This document shows positions 62,803-64,000 of a stretch of DNA of 64,000 bases, in pieces. The notes under the pieces were generated by a model. That model saw only the letters and a list, made by a program, of their open reading frames with translations, did no database searches and was not told the DNA's origin. The DNA comes from Acidobacteriota bacterium. GTDB taxonomy: Bacteria; Acidobacteriota; Blastocatellia; Pyrinomonadales; Pyrinomonadaceae. The first letter of the stretch is position 1; the number at the start of each line of letters is the position of its first letter. The stretch is from NCBI GenBank assembly GCA_046726175.1, contig JBKPAC010000100.1, positions 4,202-68,201 on the forward strand, given 5' to 3'. The position numbers and the translations under genes were made by a program.

Positions 62803-63732
62803 CTACTTCACTATCACGAAGTCTCCCACCCGGGGTCCGACGGGGCTGACGCCGATGTTAGCTGCGTCTTCCATCGTGATAAGTAACCCAAAATCCGGCA
62901 AGCTCGTTTCGGCTTTGATCTCAGCCTCATTTCGCTGGCCAGTGTTTACGATCTGGCCTAGCTTCTGAAACTTCCCATCCGGAGCAGTTGCCCAGAGGAT
63001 ATTAACTTTCCCTGCGGGTGCGTCCTTCAACTCATGGAAACGGACTTTTACCTCTGTCGGTCCGTCCTTCCGAGGAGTGATAAACACGTTGGCTCTTGCA
63101 CCAGTCAAAGCACCTGTGAAATTCACTTTGATTTTGGTGTCGTCGCCTTTCTTGAACGTAGGTATCCCCAGCAGCGGGACTTCATACGTATTTACCGCGG
63201 CCACTTCTTTGGTGGTGGCGGCGACTTTCTCGCCAGCAGGATCCACTACCCGCGGAACGACGGCGAGCCCTTCAGGCACCGTGCTACGGAAGTAAACTCT
63301 GGTTTTCGGATCGTAGGTGGTAAGTGAAGCCTCAGGTGAAGTGATCAACATGAATTTTGTTAGTGGGGTTGTTGTCGTCAGATCTCCCATACCATTAGCG
63401 ATAACCACAGGACCGAGCGACGTTATAGCGCCCGAATCGTCTATGGCATATAGCGTCATCGTTGTTGCGTCCTTTGGTACACCAGTCAGGTGCAACTTAA
63501 TCTTTGTACCAGTGTCATCGCGCATTATCGTCGCTACGCCGGTGCCCGATGTTGGTGGAGTCGGAATAAGTGTGACTGATATCTCTTTGCCTGCCGGAAT
63601 CTCGATTACGGTATAGCTTCCGTCAGGATTTTGAACGACTGTTGTTTTTGTTGGTGTTTGAGCCTGGATTTGAACGGCGGCGGTAGCGAGACTCAGAACA
63701 ATCGCCGCCAAAACTGTAACTGCGTGCTTCAT
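62803..63732 (-). CDS. Hypothetical secreted protein (beta-rich)
   Basis: Signal peptide MKHAVTVLAAIVLSLATAAVQIQAQ. AGGAGGAATAAGG lies upstream of the ATG. The composition is Thr/Val/Gly/Pro-rich with no recognised motif. Confidence 0.6.
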   Translation of the reverse strand: MKHAVTVLAAIVLSLATAAVQIQAQTPTKTTVVQNPDGSYTVIEIPAGKEISVTLIPTPPTSGTGVATIMRDDTGTKIKLHLTGVPKDATTMTLYAIDDSGAITSLGPVVIANGMGDLTTTTPLTKFMLITSPEASLTTYDPKTRVYFRSTVPEGLAVVPRVVDPAGEKVAATTKEVAAVNTYEVPLLGIPTFKKGDDTKIKVNFTGALTGARANVFITPRKDGPTEVKVRFHELKDAPAGKVNILWATAPDGKFQKLGQIVNTGQRNEAEIKAETSLPDFGLLITMEDAANIGVSPVGPRVGDFVIVK

Positions 63733-64000
63733 GCCTTATTCCTCCTTATTGTCAATCCGACTGAGCTCTCTGGGGAGAGGCTGCAGACTAATGCAAGGAG
63801 TCTAAGCGCAAGGATTATGCCTAATTCCGCCGTTGTGCATTACCTATGACAGGGCCGTGCAATCCGTGTCGCAAAGTTTATTTGTTTGAGATGGTTGAAA
63901 AGCTAAGGTGAAGATTCAGCTTCGGTTTAACCGAGTTACATGAAAATTCAGCGATGGTATGTGTGCTGGTTCCTTGCGCTGCACTGACTCACGATGCGGA

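Noticed and set aside
63940-63990. A short ORF, ATGAAAATTCAGCGATGG..., near the window end.
   Set aside because: It has only about 15 codons before a TGA, with no RBS or motif. It is probably noncoding upstream sequence.

Overview
The window is a 64-kb chromosomal segment with about 47 protein-coding genes and no rRNA, tRNA, CRISPR array, transposase or integrase. I infer an Acidobacteriota-like origin from the CarboxypepD_reg-type TonB receptor, the MoxR/DUF58/BatA/DUF4175/DUF4159 cluster, the many TPR/PDZ/peptidase exoproteins and roughly 52% GC; this is not proven. Content is mostly housekeeping or envelope-related: a fatty-acid beta-oxidation operon (3-hydroxyacyl-CoA dehydrogenase/enoyl-CoA hydratase, thiolase, acyl-CoA dehydrogenase), a TetR plus acyl-CoA ligase pair, phhA, galE, ispH, several peptidases (S15, M14, an M16 pair, M15-like, trypsin-like), a Ser/Thr kinase, and an 8-gene same-strand MoxR/VWA (Bat-like) cluster at 27.6-42.7 kb. 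Four observations stand out. (1) A Tyr-codon-rich leader ORF with mutually exclusive antiterminator and terminator structures sits directly upstream of phenylalanine 4-hydroxylase; this is a candidate tyrosine-sensing attenuator. (2) A TlpA/redoxin-like gene has an in-frame TGA exactly at the first Cys of the WCxxC motif, followed 11 nt later by a bulged-U hairpin; this is a candidate selenoprotein with a SECIS element. (3) A shared 20-bp palindromic operator links the TetR gene to the beta-oxidation operon. (4) The intergenic gaps carry an unusually dense set of hairpin repeats whose arms are built from short tandem words. There are several sequence families, they sit at almost every gene junction of the MoxR cluster, and two copies flank an amine-oxidase/O-methyltransferase cassette. 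All functional calls come from motif recognition by eye, and no database search was run.
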